Of a stretch of DNA of 64,000 nt, positions 21,323 to 34,414 are shown piece by piece; positions within the stretch are counted from its first letter, which is position 1, and every line of letters begins with the position of its first letter. Both the position numbers and the translations under genes were made by a program. Under the pieces are notes generated by a model. The model was not told the origin of the DNA, did not search any database, and worked only from the letters and a program-made list of their open reading frames with translations. Origin of the DNA: Escherichia coli (GTDB lineage: Bacteria; Pseudomonadota; Gammaproteobacteria; Enterobacterales; Enterobacteriaceae); the NCBI RefSeq assembly GCF_024298765.1, contig NZ_CP101210.1; one strand, 5' to 3'.

Positions 21323-22480
21323 ATGAATCCAGTACCCGCGCAACGTGAATATTTCCTCGACTCCATCCGCGCCTGGCTGATGTTGTTAGGGATCCCTTTT
21401 CATATTTCTTTAATCTATTCGAGCCATACATGGCATGTGAATAGCGCCGAACCGTCATTGTGGCTGACCCTTTTTAATGACTTCATCCACTCGTTCCGCA
21501 TGCAGGTATTTTTCGTTATATCCGGGTACTTTTCCTACATGCTTTTTTTACGCTATCCCTTGAAAAAATGGTGGAAAGTACGTGTCGAACGTGTAGGTAT
21601 CCCGATGTTAACAGCCATCCCCCTACTGACATTACCGCAATTTATTATGCTGCAATACGTCAAAGGGAAAGCGGAAAGTTGGCCTGGGCTATCATTGTAT
21701 GACAAATATAATACGTTGGCCTGGGAATTAATATCACACCTGTGGTTTTTACTGGTGTTAGTAGTCATGACGACGCTGTGCGTATGGATATTTAAGCGCA
21801 TCAGAAATAATTTAGAAAATTCTGATAAAACGAATAAAAAATTCTCGATGGTAAAACTATCGGTGATTTTTTTGTGCCTCGGCATCGGTTATGCGGTAAT
21901 AAGAAGAACGATTTTTATTGTGTATCCGCCCATTCTGAGTAATGGCATGTTCAATTTTATTGTCATGCAAACGCTATTTTATTTGCCGTTCTTTATCCTC
22001 GGCGCACTGGCTTTCATTTTCCCTCATCTTAAAGCCTTGTTTACCACGCCGTCTCGTGGCTGTACCCTTGCAGCAGCATTGGCATTTGTCGCTTATTTAC
22101 TCAACCAGCGCTATGGCAGTGGCGATGCCTGGATGTACGAAACCGAGTCGGTGATCACCATGGTCCTCGGTCTGTGGATGGTGAATGTGGTCTTCTCCTT
22201 TGGCCACCGTTTGCTTAACTTCCAGTCAGCGCGGGTGACTTATTTTGTTAACGCATCGCTGTTTATCTATCTGGTTCACCACCCGTTAACGCTGTTTTTC
22301 GGCGCATACATTACACCACACATCACCTCCAACTGGCTTGGTTTTCTCTGTGGCCTGATATTCGTAGTAGGGATTGCGATAATTCTGTATGAAATTCATT
22401 TACGCATCCCATTATTGAAGTTTTTGTTCTCTGGTAAACCGGTTGTTAAGCGTGAGAACGATAAAGCACCAGCCCGTTAA
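21323..22480 (+). CDS. opgC: Glucan succinyltransferase OpgC/MdoC
   Basis: 385-aa polytopic acyltransferase-3 type protein starting [27 protein letters not shown]... Confidence 0.93.
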   Translation: MNPVPAQREYFLDSIRAWLMLLGIPFHISLIYSSHTWHVNSAEPSLWLTLFNDFIHSFRMQVFFVISGYFSYMLFLRYPLKKWWKVRVERVGIPMLTAIPLLTLPQFIMLQYVKGKAESWPGLSLYDKYNTLAWELISHLWFLLVLVVMTTLCVWIFKRIRNNLENSDKTNKKFSMVKLSVIFLCLGIGYAVIRRTIFIVYPPILSNGMFNFIVMQTLFYLPFFILGALAFIFPHLKALFTTPSRGCTLAAALAFVAYLLNQRYGSGDAWMYETESVITMVLGLWMVNVVFSFGHRLLNFQSARVTYFVNASLFIYLVHHPLTLFFGAYITPHITSNWLGFLCGLIFVVGIAIILYEIHLRIPLLKFLFSGKPVVKRENDKAPAR

Positions 22481-22487
22481 GCCACGC

Positions 22488-23918
22488 TTATAATAACCAT
22501 TCCACGGGCAATATCGACGCCAGTCTGACCATAACCCGCTTCCAGAAACTGGTGGCGGGTTCTTTTTTGAGAATAATCTCTTTCTTTGCATGACGATCAA
22601 CCCAGTTGATCCGTCCCCACCTGTCCAGACGGAGCTGCCAGGCCGCATCATACTGGCTCTGAATAAAGCGTTTATCAATTAACTGTGCCAACGTTTCGCT
22701 CTCTATCACGAAGCCCATTTCAGTATTGAGCAATGTCGAACGTGGATCGAAATTGAAAGAGCCGATAAACACCGTTTTACCATCGATGCTAAAGGTTTTA
22801 GCATGCAAGCTGGCACCGGAATTACCGGTTATACCGCGATCGTGTAACGTACTACTTTGTTCACGCGTCGGCTTGAGTTCATATAATTCCACGCCATAGC
22901 GGAGCAATTTTTTGCGCCAGCGCGCGTATCCGGCATGGACGACAGCAACATCGTTAGCGGCAAGAGAATTGGTTAGGATCGCAATCTTTACCCCTTTTCT
23001 CACCATCCGTAAGAGTTGCGCCACACCTGCGCGTGTCGGTACAAAATAGGAAGAGATAATATCGATGCGTTCACTGGGTGAGCCCATGATATCGAACAGG
23101 CGCTGCGGTAACAGTGAATGCCGTTTTGCCTTGCCTTCCCCTTTCGCCGGATCATCACTTAATAAACGTGTTTTCGCCCAGATAAGCGGCAACGTTCCAT
23201 CAACCAGATGATTTATAAACGGGCTGGATTCCATTTTGCGTAAATAACGATGCGTCATGGCATCGTTGTGCCAGGATGCTGGTAACTCGATGCGATCCGC
23301 CATTTCACCTTCCGGGACATCCAGCACCTGCTGTAGGGGTGAAACCGATTTGCAATACCAGTAGCGGGCGAAATCATCGGCAACGTCCTCTACAACTGGT
23401 CCTATTGCCATGACATCTAAATCCGAAAAAAGTGGCTCTTCCCCTGCACCAAAATAGGCATCACCAATATTTCGCCCCCCTACCAGGGTAACCACGCCAT
23501 CGACAGTGAAACTTTTATTGTGCATACGGCGATTGAGACGGGAAAAGTCGGTGATATAACCAAGCGGACGCAGCAAGCGAAACGAGAAAGGATTAAAAAG
23601 CCGGACTTCAATGCGGGGATGACTGTCAAGCAAGCGTAAAATGTCGTCAAGTCCGGGCGTATTGTTGTCATCCAGCAACAAACGGACGCGAACGCCACGC
23701 TTTGCTGCGGCTAACAGGGCGGAAAAGAGTAACCGACCCGACATATCGTCCTGCCAGATGTAATACTGAACATCCAGCGTATGCTCTGCCATTTCGGCCA
23801 GACGGTACCGGGCGGCAAACGCATCCAGACTTTTCTCCAGAGGAAAAAGGCCACACTGACCGGGATGTTGCGAACACAGTGGCAGCACCGCGCTCGCCAG
23901 CCGGGGCAAATCATTCAT
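22488..23918 (-). CDS. clsC: Cardiolipin synthase C (PLD family)
   Basis: ORF 22488..23978. Two HKD motifs are present ([12 protein letters not shown] and [11 protein letters not shown]). The start was chosen at [11 protein letters not shown] (ATG 23918), which overlaps the ymdB stop as ATGAATGA. The start is uncertain, and 23978 is also possible. Confidence 0.88.
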   Translation of the reverse strand: MNDLPRLASAVLPLCSQHPGQCGLFPLEKSLDAFAARYRLAEMAEHTLDVQYYIWQDDMSGRLLFSALLAAAKRGVRVRLLLDDNNTPGLDDILRLLDSHPRIEVRLFNPFSFRLLRPLGYITDFSRLNRRMHNKSFTVDGVVTLVGGRNIGDAYFGAGEEPLFSDLDVMAIGPVVEDVADDFARYWYCKSVSPLQQVLDVPEGEMADRIELPASWHNDAMTHRYLRKMESSPFINHLVDGTLPLIWAKTRLLSDDPAKGEGKAKRHSLLPQRLFDIMGSPSERIDIISSYFVPTRAGVAQLLRMVRKGVKIAILTNSLAANDVAVVHAGYARWRKKLLRYGVELYELKPTREQSSTLHDRGITGNSGASLHAKTFSIDGKTVFIGSFNFDPRSTLLNTEMGFVIESETLAQLIDKRFIQSQYDAAWQLRLDRWGRINWVDRHAKKEIILKKEPATSFWKRVMVRLASILPVEWLL

Positions 23919-24444
23919 CTCCTTGTTGAGTAAGGAGTCTTTCGTAGAGGTGGGCGTTTTCTTCATCATAACAGACAAAGTATACCTGTTCGGGTAAAGC
24001 GTGACGGGTAATAAATTCTGAAACGGTTTTTACTGCGATTTCAGCCGCTGCCGCACGAGGGTAACCATAAACCCCAGTACTGATTGCAGGAAAAGCCACT
24101 GACGTATAGCTGTTTGCCGCCACCAGTCGTAGGCTATTGAGATAGGCATCCTGCAAAAGCTGGTCTTCGTTTTGTTCACCACCACGCCAGACTGGCCCGA
24201 CGGTGTGCACTACGGCTTTAGCAGGAAGATCGCCTGCAAGCGTAATAACGGCATGCCCCGTAGGGCAATCGCCCTGCTGCTGCCTGACTTTTAAACAGGC
24301 ATCCAACAGGGCCGGACCCGCTGCGCGATGAATGGCCCCATCGACGCCGCCGCCTCCCATTAATGACGGATTAGCCGCATTCACAATCACATCAACGGCC
24401 AGTTTGGTAATATCACCCTGCACAACATGAATACGCGTTTTCAT
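23911..24444 (-). CDS. ymdB: O-acetyl-ADP-ribose deacetylase (macrodomain) YmdB
   Basis: 177-aa ORF starting [43 protein letters not shown], which is a macrodomain signature. Confidence 0.94.
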
Positions 24445-24538
24445 AACGCCTCCTTACACCTTCTTGTTTCTTAAGTGTACAGCAGGCTTTTTGGTTAAAT
24501 CGCATTTTTCTGCTCAGCAACGTGAGTTGTTCAGAAAC

Positions 24539-24966
<428 letters not shown>

Positions 24967-24969
24967 TAG

Positions 24970-25303
<334 letters not shown>

Positions 25304-25361
25304 ATTCTTCTCCCGAAAAAAAACAGGGCTTGCGCCCTGTTTCTTTAATACAGATGATGTA

Positions 25362-25820
25362 TTAGTACTGATGAGCGGTCGCGTTGTTACCAAAGCCAAC
25401 CTGAGTCACGTTGACGGAGGAGTTAGATGCAGTCTGATCAACTGCAGCACCGTTGCCACCACCGAACTGTTTAACAGTCATTTCAGAATTTTTGCCGTTC
25501 CACTGATCAAGAGTGGCGCTGTTACCGAAGCCACGTTGGGTCAGATCGATTGAGCTGTCATCTGAGCCCTGACCAACATCTGCACCATTACCACCGCCAT
25601 GTTGGGTAATAGTCAAGTCAGAGTTACGGGCATCAGCTTGCAGAGCAAGTGCAGAGTTACCGCCACCGTACTGGTAAATGTTCAGCTCTGAATTTGGGCC
25701 GCTATTATTACCGCCACCACCGTGGTTGCCGCCACCGCCGCCGTACTGAGGAACAACACCTGCCAGAGCGCTACCGGAGAATACGATTGCTGCAATTGCT
25801 GCTACTTTTAAAAGTTTCAT
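25362..25820 (-). CDS. csgA: Major curlin subunit CsgA
   Basis: 152-aa ORF with a signal peptide and five imperfect S-X5-Q-X-G-X-G-N-X-A-X3-Q repeats. Confidence 0.96.
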   Translation of the reverse strand: MKLLKVAAIAAIVFSGSALAGVVPQYGGGGGNHGGGGNNSGPNSELNIYQYGGGNSALALQADARNSDLTITQHGGGNGADVGQGSDDSSIDLTQRGFGNSATLDQWNGKNSEMTVKQFGGGNGAAVDQTASNSSVNVTQVGFGNNATAHQY

Positions 25821-25860
25821 GTAAAACCCCCATCGGATTGATTTAAAAGTCGAATGGAAA

Positions 25861-26316
25861 TTAACGTTGTGTCACGCGAATAGCCATTTGCGACTGTCTC
25901 TGCACTACAATTGCCGTTTTTTGAGTACCATACTGTGTAATATTTGCTTTATTACCCGAACCTTTCTGGATAATCATCGCAGTATTACCATAAGCACCTT
26001 GCGAAATACTGGCATCGTTGGCACTGCCCGCCTGATCAATATATGCAAGGTTATAATCTCCTGTCTGGTCAATCTTTGCCCGGTTGCTACTACCTTCTTG
26101 CGCAACAACCGCCAAAAGTTTTGAGCCTCCCTGCCGTAACTGAGCACTATTATTAGTCCCAGCTTGACCAATTATGGCTGCCTGATTAAATGAAGACTTA
26201 CTCAATTCATTTACCGCGAAGTTATATTCTGAATTAGCTAAATCATAACCTGCTGCGGCTGCAATCCCAGGCGCACCCAGTATTGTTAACATCATAAATA
26301 ACAATTTGTTTTTCAT
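25861..26316 (-). CDS. csgB: Minor curlin / nucleator CsgB (151 aa)
   Basis: The internal ATG of ORF 25861..26343 gives MKNKLLFMMLTILGAPGIAAA..., followed by curlin repeats. Confidence 0.95.
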   Translation of the reverse strand: MKNKLLFMMLTILGAPGIAAAAGYDLANSEYNFAVNELSKSSFNQAAIIGQAGTNNSAQLRQGGSKLLAVVAQEGSSNRAKIDQTGDYNLAYIDQAGSANDASISQGAYGNTAMIIQKGSGNKANITQYGTQKTAIVVQRQSQMAIRVTQR

Positions 26317-27069
26317 GTTGTCACCCTGGACCTGGTCGTACATTTAAGAAATTAAATCATTTCAACTTGGTTGTTAACGCAACCTGTATTTTGTTAACGC
26401 TGCGTTACGATGGAAAGTATGTCTGCGGAAATATTTTTAATAACTCACCCGCGCGTTGTATTTTTCTTTTTTTGTTCATACCAAAGTATTAAAACTCACG
26501 TAAATACGCTGTTATCTACGCAAAAAATATTTTGTTTTCTTTTAAATCTCCGTTTTCCGCTATCAAAAATCACCAGACAATCATTCTTCTTGCCCGTCGC
26601 TGATTGCTGCGATATGTCTTGCGCACAAGCCGTGACAAACCTCGTCTTTTTGCAGTAAAAAATTGTCCACGGAGGTGTGGAGAAAAAACAAGAACGTTTT
26701 ACATGACGAAAGGACTACACCGAAATATTTTTTATATGCATTATTAGTAAGTTAGCACCATTTGTATGATTTTTTAAAATTGTGCAATAAAAACCAAATG
26801 TACAACTTTTCTATCATTTCTAAACTTAATAAAACCTTAAGATTAACATTTTAATATAACGAGTTACATTTAGTTACATGTTTAACACTTGATTTAAGAT
26901 TTGTAATGGCTAGATTGAAATCAGATGTAATCCATTAGTTTTATATTTTACCCATTTAGGGCTGATTTATTACTACACACAGCAGTGCAACATCTGTCAG
27001 TACTTCTGGTGCTTCTATTTTAGAGGCAGCTGTCAGGTGTGCGATCAATAAAAAAAGCGGGGTTTCATC
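26317..27069. promoter_or_regulatory. Divergent csgBAC/csgDEFG control region (753 bp, AT-rich)
   Basis: This long AT-rich intergenic region lies between csgB and csgD. From the literature it holds the csgD and csgB promoters and many regulator sites. I did not map individual sites. Confidence 0.8.
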
Positions 27070-27720
<651 letters not shown>

Positions 27721-27724
27721 AGCC

Positions 27725-28114
27725 ATGAAACGTTATTTACGCTGGATTGTGGCGGCAGAATTTCTGTTCGCCGCAGGGAATCTTCACGCCGTTGAGGTAG
27801 AAGTCCCGGGATTGTTAACTGACCATACTGTTTCATCTATTGGCCATGATTTTTACCGAGCCTTTAGTGATAAATGGGAAAGTGACTATACGGGTAACTT
27901 AACGATTAATGAAAGGCCCAGTGCACGATGGGGAAGCTGGATCACAATAACGGTGAATCAGGACGTTATTTTCCAGACTTTTTTATTTCCGTTGAAAAGA
28001 GACTTCGAGAAAACTGTCGTCTTTGCACTGATTCAAACTGAAGAAGCACTAAATCGTCGCCAGATAAACCAAGCGTTATTAAGTACGGGCGATTTGGCGC
28101 ATGATGAATTTTAA
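27725..28114 (+). CDS. csgE: Curli secretion specificity factor CsgE
   Basis: 129-aa ORF in operon position after csgD. Confidence 0.93.
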
Positions 28115-28138
28115 ATAATAAATTGTTCGGAGGCTGCA

Positions 28139-28555
28139 ATGCGTGTCAAACATGCAGTAGTTCTACTCATGCTTATTTCGCCATTAAGTTGGGCTGGAAC
28201 CATGACTTTCCAGTTCCGTAATCCAAACTTTGGTGGTAACCCAAATAATGGCGCTTTTTTGTTAAATAGCGCTCAGGCCCAAAACTCTTATAAAGATCCG
28301 AGCTATAACGATGACTTTGGTATTGAAACGCCCTCGGCGTTAGATAACTTTACTCAGGCCATCCAGTCACAAATTTTGGGTGGGCTACTGTCGAATATTA
28401 ATACCGGTAAACCGGGCCGCATGGTGACCAACGATTATATTGTTGATATTGCTAACCGCGATGGTCAATTGCAGTTGAACGTGACAGATCGTAAAACCGG
28501 ACAAACCTCGACCATCCAGGTTTCGGGTTTACAAAATAACTCAACCGATTTTTAA
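28139..28555 (+). CDS. csgF: Curli assembly component CsgF
   Basis: 138-aa ORF with a signal peptide. Confidence 0.93.
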
Positions 28556-28581
28556 GCCCCAGCTTCATAAGGAAAATAATC

Positions 28582-29415
28582 ATGCAGCGCTTATTTCTTT
28601 TGGTTGCCGTCATGTTACTGAGCGGATGCTTAACCGCCCCGCCTAAAGAAGCCGCCAGACCGACATTAATGCCTCGTGCTCAGAGCTACAAAGATTTGAC
28701 CCATCTGCCAGCGCCGACGGGTAAGATCTTTGTTTCGGTATACAACATTCAGGACGAAACCGGGCAATTTAAACCCTACCCGGCAAGTAACTTCTCCACT
28801 GCTGTTCCGCAAAGCGCCACGGCAATGCTGGTCACGGCATTGAAAGATTCTCGCTGGTTTATACCGCTGGAGCGCCAAGGCTTACAAAACCTGCTTAACG
28901 AGCGCAAGATTATTCGTGCGGCACAAGAAAACGGCACGGTTGCCATTAATAACCGAATCCCGCTGCAATCTTTAACGGCGGCAAATATCATGGTTGAAGG
29001 TTCAATTATCGGTTATGAAAGCAACGTTAAATCGGGCGGGGTTGGGGCAAGATATTTTGGGATCGGTGCAGACACGCAATACCAGCTTGATCAGATTGCC
29101 GTGAACCTGCGCGTCGTCAATGTGAGTACCGGCGAGATCCTCTCCTCGGTGAACACCAGTAAGACGATACTTTCCTATGAAGTTCAGGCGGGGGTCTTCC
29201 GCTTTATTGACTACCAGCGCTTGCTGGAAGGGGAAGTAGGTTACACCTCGAACGAACCCGTTATGCTGTGCCTGATGTCGGCTATCGAAACAGGCGTCAT
29301 TTTCCTGATTAATGATGGTATCGACCGCGGTCTTTGGGATTTGCAAAATAAAGCAGAACGGCAGAATGACATTCTGGTGAAATACCGCCATATGTCGGTT
29401 CCACCGGAATCCTGA
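28582..29415 (+). CDS. csgG: Curli outer-membrane secretion channel lipoprotein CsgG
   Basis: 277-aa ORF starting MQRLFLLVAVMLLSGC, which contains a lipobox. Confidence 0.95.
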   Translation: MQRLFLLVAVMLLSGCLTAPPKEAARPTLMPRAQSYKDLTHLPAPTGKIFVSVYNIQDETGQFKPYPASNFSTAVPQSATAMLVTALKDSRWFIPLERQGLQNLLNERKIIRAAQENGTVAINNRIPLQSLTAANIMVEGSIIGYESNVKSGGVGARYFGIGADTQYQLDQIAVNLRVVNVSTGEILSSVNTSKTILSYEVQAGVFRFIDYQRLLEGEVGYTSNEPVMLCLMSAIETGVIFLINDGIDRGLWDLQNKAERQNDILVKYRHMSVPPES

Positions 29416-29421
29416 TAGATA

Positions 29422-29450
29422 AAAATGCCGGAATTATCATCCGGCATTTT
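29422..29450. terminator. Bidirectional terminator between csgG and ycdZ
   Basis: AAAATGCCGGA attatca TCCGGCATTTT is a hairpin with A/T runs on both sides. Confidence 0.8.
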
Positions 29451-29478
29451 ACTGTTTAAGCGAAAGCGTGAGTGCCCC

Positions 29479-29970
29479 TCACGCTTTATTTTTGATTTGC
29501 TGCTCACGGTGAGCGGTCTTCGTACTACGCGCCGCCAGCCACAAGCCGCTGTTTTTCATTGCGTAACCAAATATCAACCCGAGCGCCAGCGAAGGTAACA
29601 CCAGTTTCCAGTCACCCTGCCCGGCAAACGTCGCGCATGCGCCTATAAACGTTCCCGGAACAAATGAAAGCAGCAGCTGTTTGGCCTGAATACACATCAG
29701 AAACGCGACAATACCGGTTATGACATAACCGAGAATTTCCAGATGTGGTGCCAGTGCACTACCGTAAATAATGACCATCGCCCACACCACGCCACTAAGC
29801 AGGGTTGCAGCGGAGATCGCCAGCCCTTTCAGCCCACCTTGCGGGCAGGCAAAGTAGGCCGTACAGCCCAGGAAGCCCGCCCAGCTTAGTAAGCCCAGGG
29901 AAACAGCCACCCATCCCCAGATACCGGAGAGAATGCCTGTTGTGATTGCAATAGAGAGAAGTATGTTCAT
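29479..29970 (-). CDS. ycdZ: Inner membrane protein YcdZ (163 aa)
   Basis: The internal ATG of ORF 29479..30018 gives MNILLSIAITTGILSGIWGWVAVSLGLL... Confidence 0.88.
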   Translation of the reverse strand: MNILLSIAITTGILSGIWGWVAVSLGLLSWAGFLGCTAYFACPQGGLKGLAISAATLLSGVVWAMVIIYGSALAPHLEILGYVITGIVAFLMCIQAKQLLLSFVPGTFIGACATFAGQGDWKLVLPSLALGLIFGYAMKNSGLWLAARSTKTAHREQQIKNKA

Positions 29971-30071
29971 GCCGCGCATGATAGCAGAAAACGCGGCCAT
30001 GAATGAGATCGAGCACACATTTTATGCAACAACAAATTATCTGTTGCAGTTATGAGTGATGTAGATCACAT

Positions 30072-30626
30072 TTACTCTTCAGAATCTTCTTCCAGCTCGT
30101 CCCACATTGCACTAATGGCATCGCGGGTTAGCGGTGCCATGGTGCGCCAGAAAGGCGTGGTTGCATGGGCCTCCACTTTGCCAAGGAACGCACCACACCA
30201 GGGTAACAGATACTCACTGAACAGTGTTTCCAGTGCTTCGCTCTCATCTTCCGTTGACTGATCTTCCAGCCAGGAAGCCGCGAGCAGCAATGTGCCGATG
30301 TGATCGGCTGGCGTATCCGCTAATGGCATCCCCCGTTCGGAAAGAAAAGCGCGCACTTCCGCTTCCGTCGCGCCCTCAACCCATGCGCTACGATATGGCG
30401 GCACAGCACATTCATCGCCGATAAACAACGCATTGTAATCGGCAGAGACTTGCGTCATATCACAGCTTTTCTGTAAACGCGTCAGTAACTCATCCTGCTC
30501 CAGTGGCCAGTTCGCAGCCAGTTTCCCCTCACGAATCAGGGTAAACAACGGCACCAGTAAAGGATCTTGCGGTTGGCGGTAATAGAGCGAACCCAGCACA
30601 CGACAGAGGATAGAAAACTCATTCAT
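30072..30626 (-). CDS. ycdY: TorD-family redox-enzyme maturation chaperone YcdY
   Basis: 184-aa ORF starting MNEFSILCRVLGSLYYRQPQDPLLVPLF... Confidence 0.92.
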   Translation of the reverse strand: MNEFSILCRVLGSLYYRQPQDPLLVPLFTLIREGKLAANWPLEQDELLTRLQKSCDMTQVSADYNALFIGDECAVPPYRSAWVEGATEAEVRAFLSERGMPLADTPADHIGTLLLAASWLEDQSTEDESEALETLFSEYLLPWCGAFLGKVEAHATTPFWRTMAPLTRDAISAMWDELEEDSEE

Positions 30627-30649
30627 TAATATATTTCCATTACTAGTAA

Positions 30650-31387
30650 TTAAAGGTCTGCAAATTCCGCAATCGGTGCCATACCGCGAGATTCAAGGAA
30701 GTTAAGTAAGCGGCGCGGAGAAACATTCAAAATGCGCTCTGGCGGAAAATCTACCGCGTCGAGGATTTTAAGACACTCTTCAAATTCCCCCATGGTAAAC
30801 GCAGTGTGAGAATCCGAGCCTAATGCCACCCAACCTCCAGCGTCACGTACCGCTGCGGCTACCGCCCGACAGTTGTCTTCACTGCCCTTACGTGAGTGTA
30901 AAAATGAGGAATTATTGATTTCCAGCGCCACCTGATGTTTCGCGGCTGCTTCAGCAACGGCTTTAACATCTATTTCATATTTCGGATTTCCGGGATGGCT
31001 TATTATATGCACATTGCCGCTGGCGATAGTGGCGATCATCGCTTGCGTATTGGTCGCTTTGTCATGCGGCGCAAACACCGGCTCATGAAAACCGGCAATA
31101 ATCAGATCCAGCGAATCAAACATTTTTCCGCTGCAGTCAATTTCACCATCAACATTTTTAATGTTAGCTTCGATGCCGCGCAGGATCCCTACCCCATCAA
31201 CCACTCGCGGCCAGATACGCATGTTAATGAAGTGCCAGTGATGCGGCGCATCTTCCATATCCGGGCCATGATCGGTGATCGCAAAAAGTTTAATGCCCTT
31301 TTGTTTGGCCTGGGCAATGTAATCACTCAATGTGCTATATGCATGCGTGCTGGCAACGGTATGCATATGAAGGTCGACGGGATACAT
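30650..31387 (-). CDS. ycdX: PHP-family zinc phosphatase YcdX
   Basis: 245-aa [23 protein letters not shown] carries the PHP His motif. Confidence 0.93.
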
Positions 31388-31441
31388 AACTCTCTCCTGT
31401 ATTCAATTCCCGCCAAGGATAGCAGGAAACCTGATGCTTTA

Positions 31442-32431
<990 letters not shown>

Positions 32432-32613
32432 CTACAAAGACCACCAGCATAACAAATCCGTGGTCGGTGGCAAAAAAAGCAAATTTCGCTTATTAAAACT
32501 GCATATTGATTGAAGTTTGAATAATCGAGCGATTTTTTAAAAAAAGTTTGTTGACCTCAGGTCATGATTTCCCTAAATTAGCGCCCGTTCCAGCAAGACA
32601 GGAACGACAATTT

Positions 32614-32701
32614 GGTGAGGTGTCCGAGTGGCTGAAGGAGCACGCCTGGAAAGTGTGTATACGGCAACGTATCGGGGGTTCGAATCCCCCCCTCACCGCC
32701 A
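32614..32701 (+). tRNA. serX: tRNA-Ser (anticodon GGA), 88 nt including CCA
   Basis: The sequence is GGTGAGGTGTCCGAGTGGCTGAAGGAGCACGCCTGGAAAGTGTGTATACGGCAACGTATCGGGGGTTCGAATCCCCCCCTCACCGCCA. The acceptor stem GGTGAGG/CCTCACC pairs, the anticodon loop is CT-GGA-AA, and it has the long variable arm typical of Ser and a T-loop GGTTCGAATCC. Confidence 0.95.
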
Positions 32702-33107
32702 TCTTTAAAGAAGAGCTCGTACGAAAGTACGAGCTTTTTTTTCGTATATTGCACACACCGGGGGGATGAGAAGCCCCGACCGGGGTTCGACAACTGGCGA
32801 CAGCCAGTTGGACAGACCGTGAACGCAGTGAGCGGGCTGCCCGCAGGGCGAGCGAAGCGAGTCAATCCCCCCCTCACCGCCATCTTTAAAGAAGAGCTCG
32901 TACGAAAGTACGGGCTTTTTTTTCGTATATTGCACACACCGGGGGGATGAGAAGCCCCGACCGGGGTTCGACAACTGGCGACAGCCAGTTGGACAGACCG
33001 TGAACGCAGTGAGCGGGCTGCCCGCAGGGCGAGCGAAGCGAGTCAATCCCCCTCACCGCCATCTTTAAAGAAGAGCTCGTACGAAAGTACGGGCTTTTTT
33101 TCGTATA
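32683..33107 (+). repeat. Tandem 181-bp direct repeat (2 full copies plus a third interrupted by an IS) containing the tRNA-Ser 3' end
   Basis: AATCCCCCCCTCACCGCCATCTTTAAAG... starts at 32683, 32864 and 33045. The copies are nearly identical. The third copy has CCCCC instead of CCCCCCC and resumes after the IS at 34418-34447. Confidence 0.9.
32715..32742 (+). terminator. Rho-independent terminator after serX
   Basis: GCTCGTAC gaaa GTACGAGC is followed by TTTTTTTT. The terminator is repeated in each 181-bp unit. Confidence 0.9.
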
Positions 33108-33160
33108 TGACCCGTCCTGAATAGCGTTGACACGTTCCTGACTTAAATCCGGAGAACGTG

Positions 33161-33561
33161 ATGATGACTGAGTTCAAACGCACCCAACGTGATTATCCTC
33201 TATCCTTTAAAATAGCTGTTGTTGAGCAGGTTGAAAAAGGCGAGATGACCTATAAACAGGCCCAGCAGCGGTATGGCATTCAGGGGCGCTCCACCGTTCT
33301 TGTCTGGTTACGTAAATTGGCCGGCTTGACTGGAGTCCTGGACTTCCTGACCTGGTGAAGAGGAAACTGCCTGTGACTCAGACAACTATCCCGCTCACAC
33401 CCGAGCAAAGAATCAGGGAACTTGAAGCGCAGCTTGAGCTGGCGAACCAGAAAGCTGAGTTTTTTGAGTCAGTTATCAATGTCCTTAAAAATGATTACGG
33501 GGTGAGTATCGTAAAAAAGCGGCCCGGCAAGTCCTCGCGCAAAGTCCGGCCCCCAAAATAA
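33161..33561 (+). pseudogene. IS3-family orfA (HTH plus leucine zipper), apparently frameshifted
   Basis: Frame 1 reads MMTEFKRTQRDYPLSFKIAVVEQVEKGEMTYKQAQQRYGIQGRSTVLVWLRK and then stops at 33358. The sequence continues in another frame as (I)GRLDWSPGLPDLVKRKLPVTQ...VKKRPGKSSRKVRPPK. This is consistent with a 1-nt deletion near 33317. Confidence 0.7.
33513..33519 (+). promoter_or_regulatory. Programmed -1 ribosomal frameshift heptamer A AAA AAG
   Basis: The heptamer is in the orfA frame as GTA AAA AAG. The -1 frame is continuous with orfB (33564 frame). Confidence 0.75.
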
Positions 33562-33563
33562 CT

Positions 33564-34414
33564 GTGACGCGTGCATGTCTGTTCCTGGGACACAGCAGAC
33601 AGGCATGGTATCAGGACAACACAAGGCGCAGAAAACGGCAGGAACATCATGCTCAGGTTCTTGATTTTGTTGCCCGTGTCAGATGTCGTCAGCCCCGAAT
33701 CGGTGCGCGTAAGCTGCACTATCTGCTGAACACTCAGGCCGATAAAAGGCTGAATATCGGGCGAGACCGCCTGTTTAACCTGCTCGATGAATACCGACTC
33801 CTGGTGCCAGTAAAACGGGCATATCACAAAACTACCAACAGTCATCATCGCTTCTACCGACATCCAAACCTGCTTAAACCAGGCCCTGAACAGGTTACCG
33901 CTCTTGAACCAGAACAGGTCTGGGTCGCCGATATTACTTACCTTCCACTGCGCAATGGTACGGCCTATCTGAGTCTGGTCACCGATGCCTGCTCCAGAAA
34001 AATTATGGGCTACCATGTTGGGGAAAACCTGCAGACAGAAAATGTGGTAAAAGCGTTCAGACAGGCGCTGAGGCTGAGAAAAACGACGAGTCCCCTGGTG
34101 CATCATTCTGACAGGGGCTGCAATACTGTTCAGCGCTCTATCAGTCAGTTCATGAAAGAAATGGAATAACCTGTTCAATGACGGATGGTTATGACTGCTA
34201 CCAGAACGCACTGGCTGAGCGAATAAACGGTATCCTGAAAGATGAGTTTTTACTCTCGCGTCCTGCAGACCTGGCGCAGGCCCGGGAAATGGTCAAAGAG
34301 TCCGTGGCAATTTATAACCATGAGCGGCCACATCTGGCTCTGAAATACAAAACGCCCGATGACGTTCATCAGGCGTTTTACAGACAGAAAAGTGTCAACT
34401 TATATCAGGACTAG
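33564..34414 (+). pseudogene. IS3-family orfB (DDE transposase), frameshifted in a G-run
   Basis: ORF 33564..34169 ends ...HHSDRGCNTVQ...*. The other frame reads GLQYCSALYQSVHERNGITCSMTDGYDCYQNALAERING... (ORF 34178..34414). This is consistent with a 1-nt loss in GGGG at 34114-34117. Confidence 0.75.

Noticed and set aside
25362-26316. Internal tandem peptide and DNA repeats in csgA and csgB.
   Set aside because: These are the well-known curlin amyloid repeat units and not a novel repeat system.
32548-33046. ORFs of 64-119 aa on both strands across serX and the 181-bp repeats (32548..32769, 32562..32756, 32578..32937, 32705..33046).
   Set aside because: They overlap a tRNA gene, terminators and tandem repeats. 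Their repeated peptide segments only mirror the DNA repeat. No ribosome-binding sites are present.
33495-34211. A 238-aa minus-strand ORF inside the IS.
   Set aside because: It is antisense to the IS3-family transposase frames and shows no independent signals. This is a typical shadow ORF.
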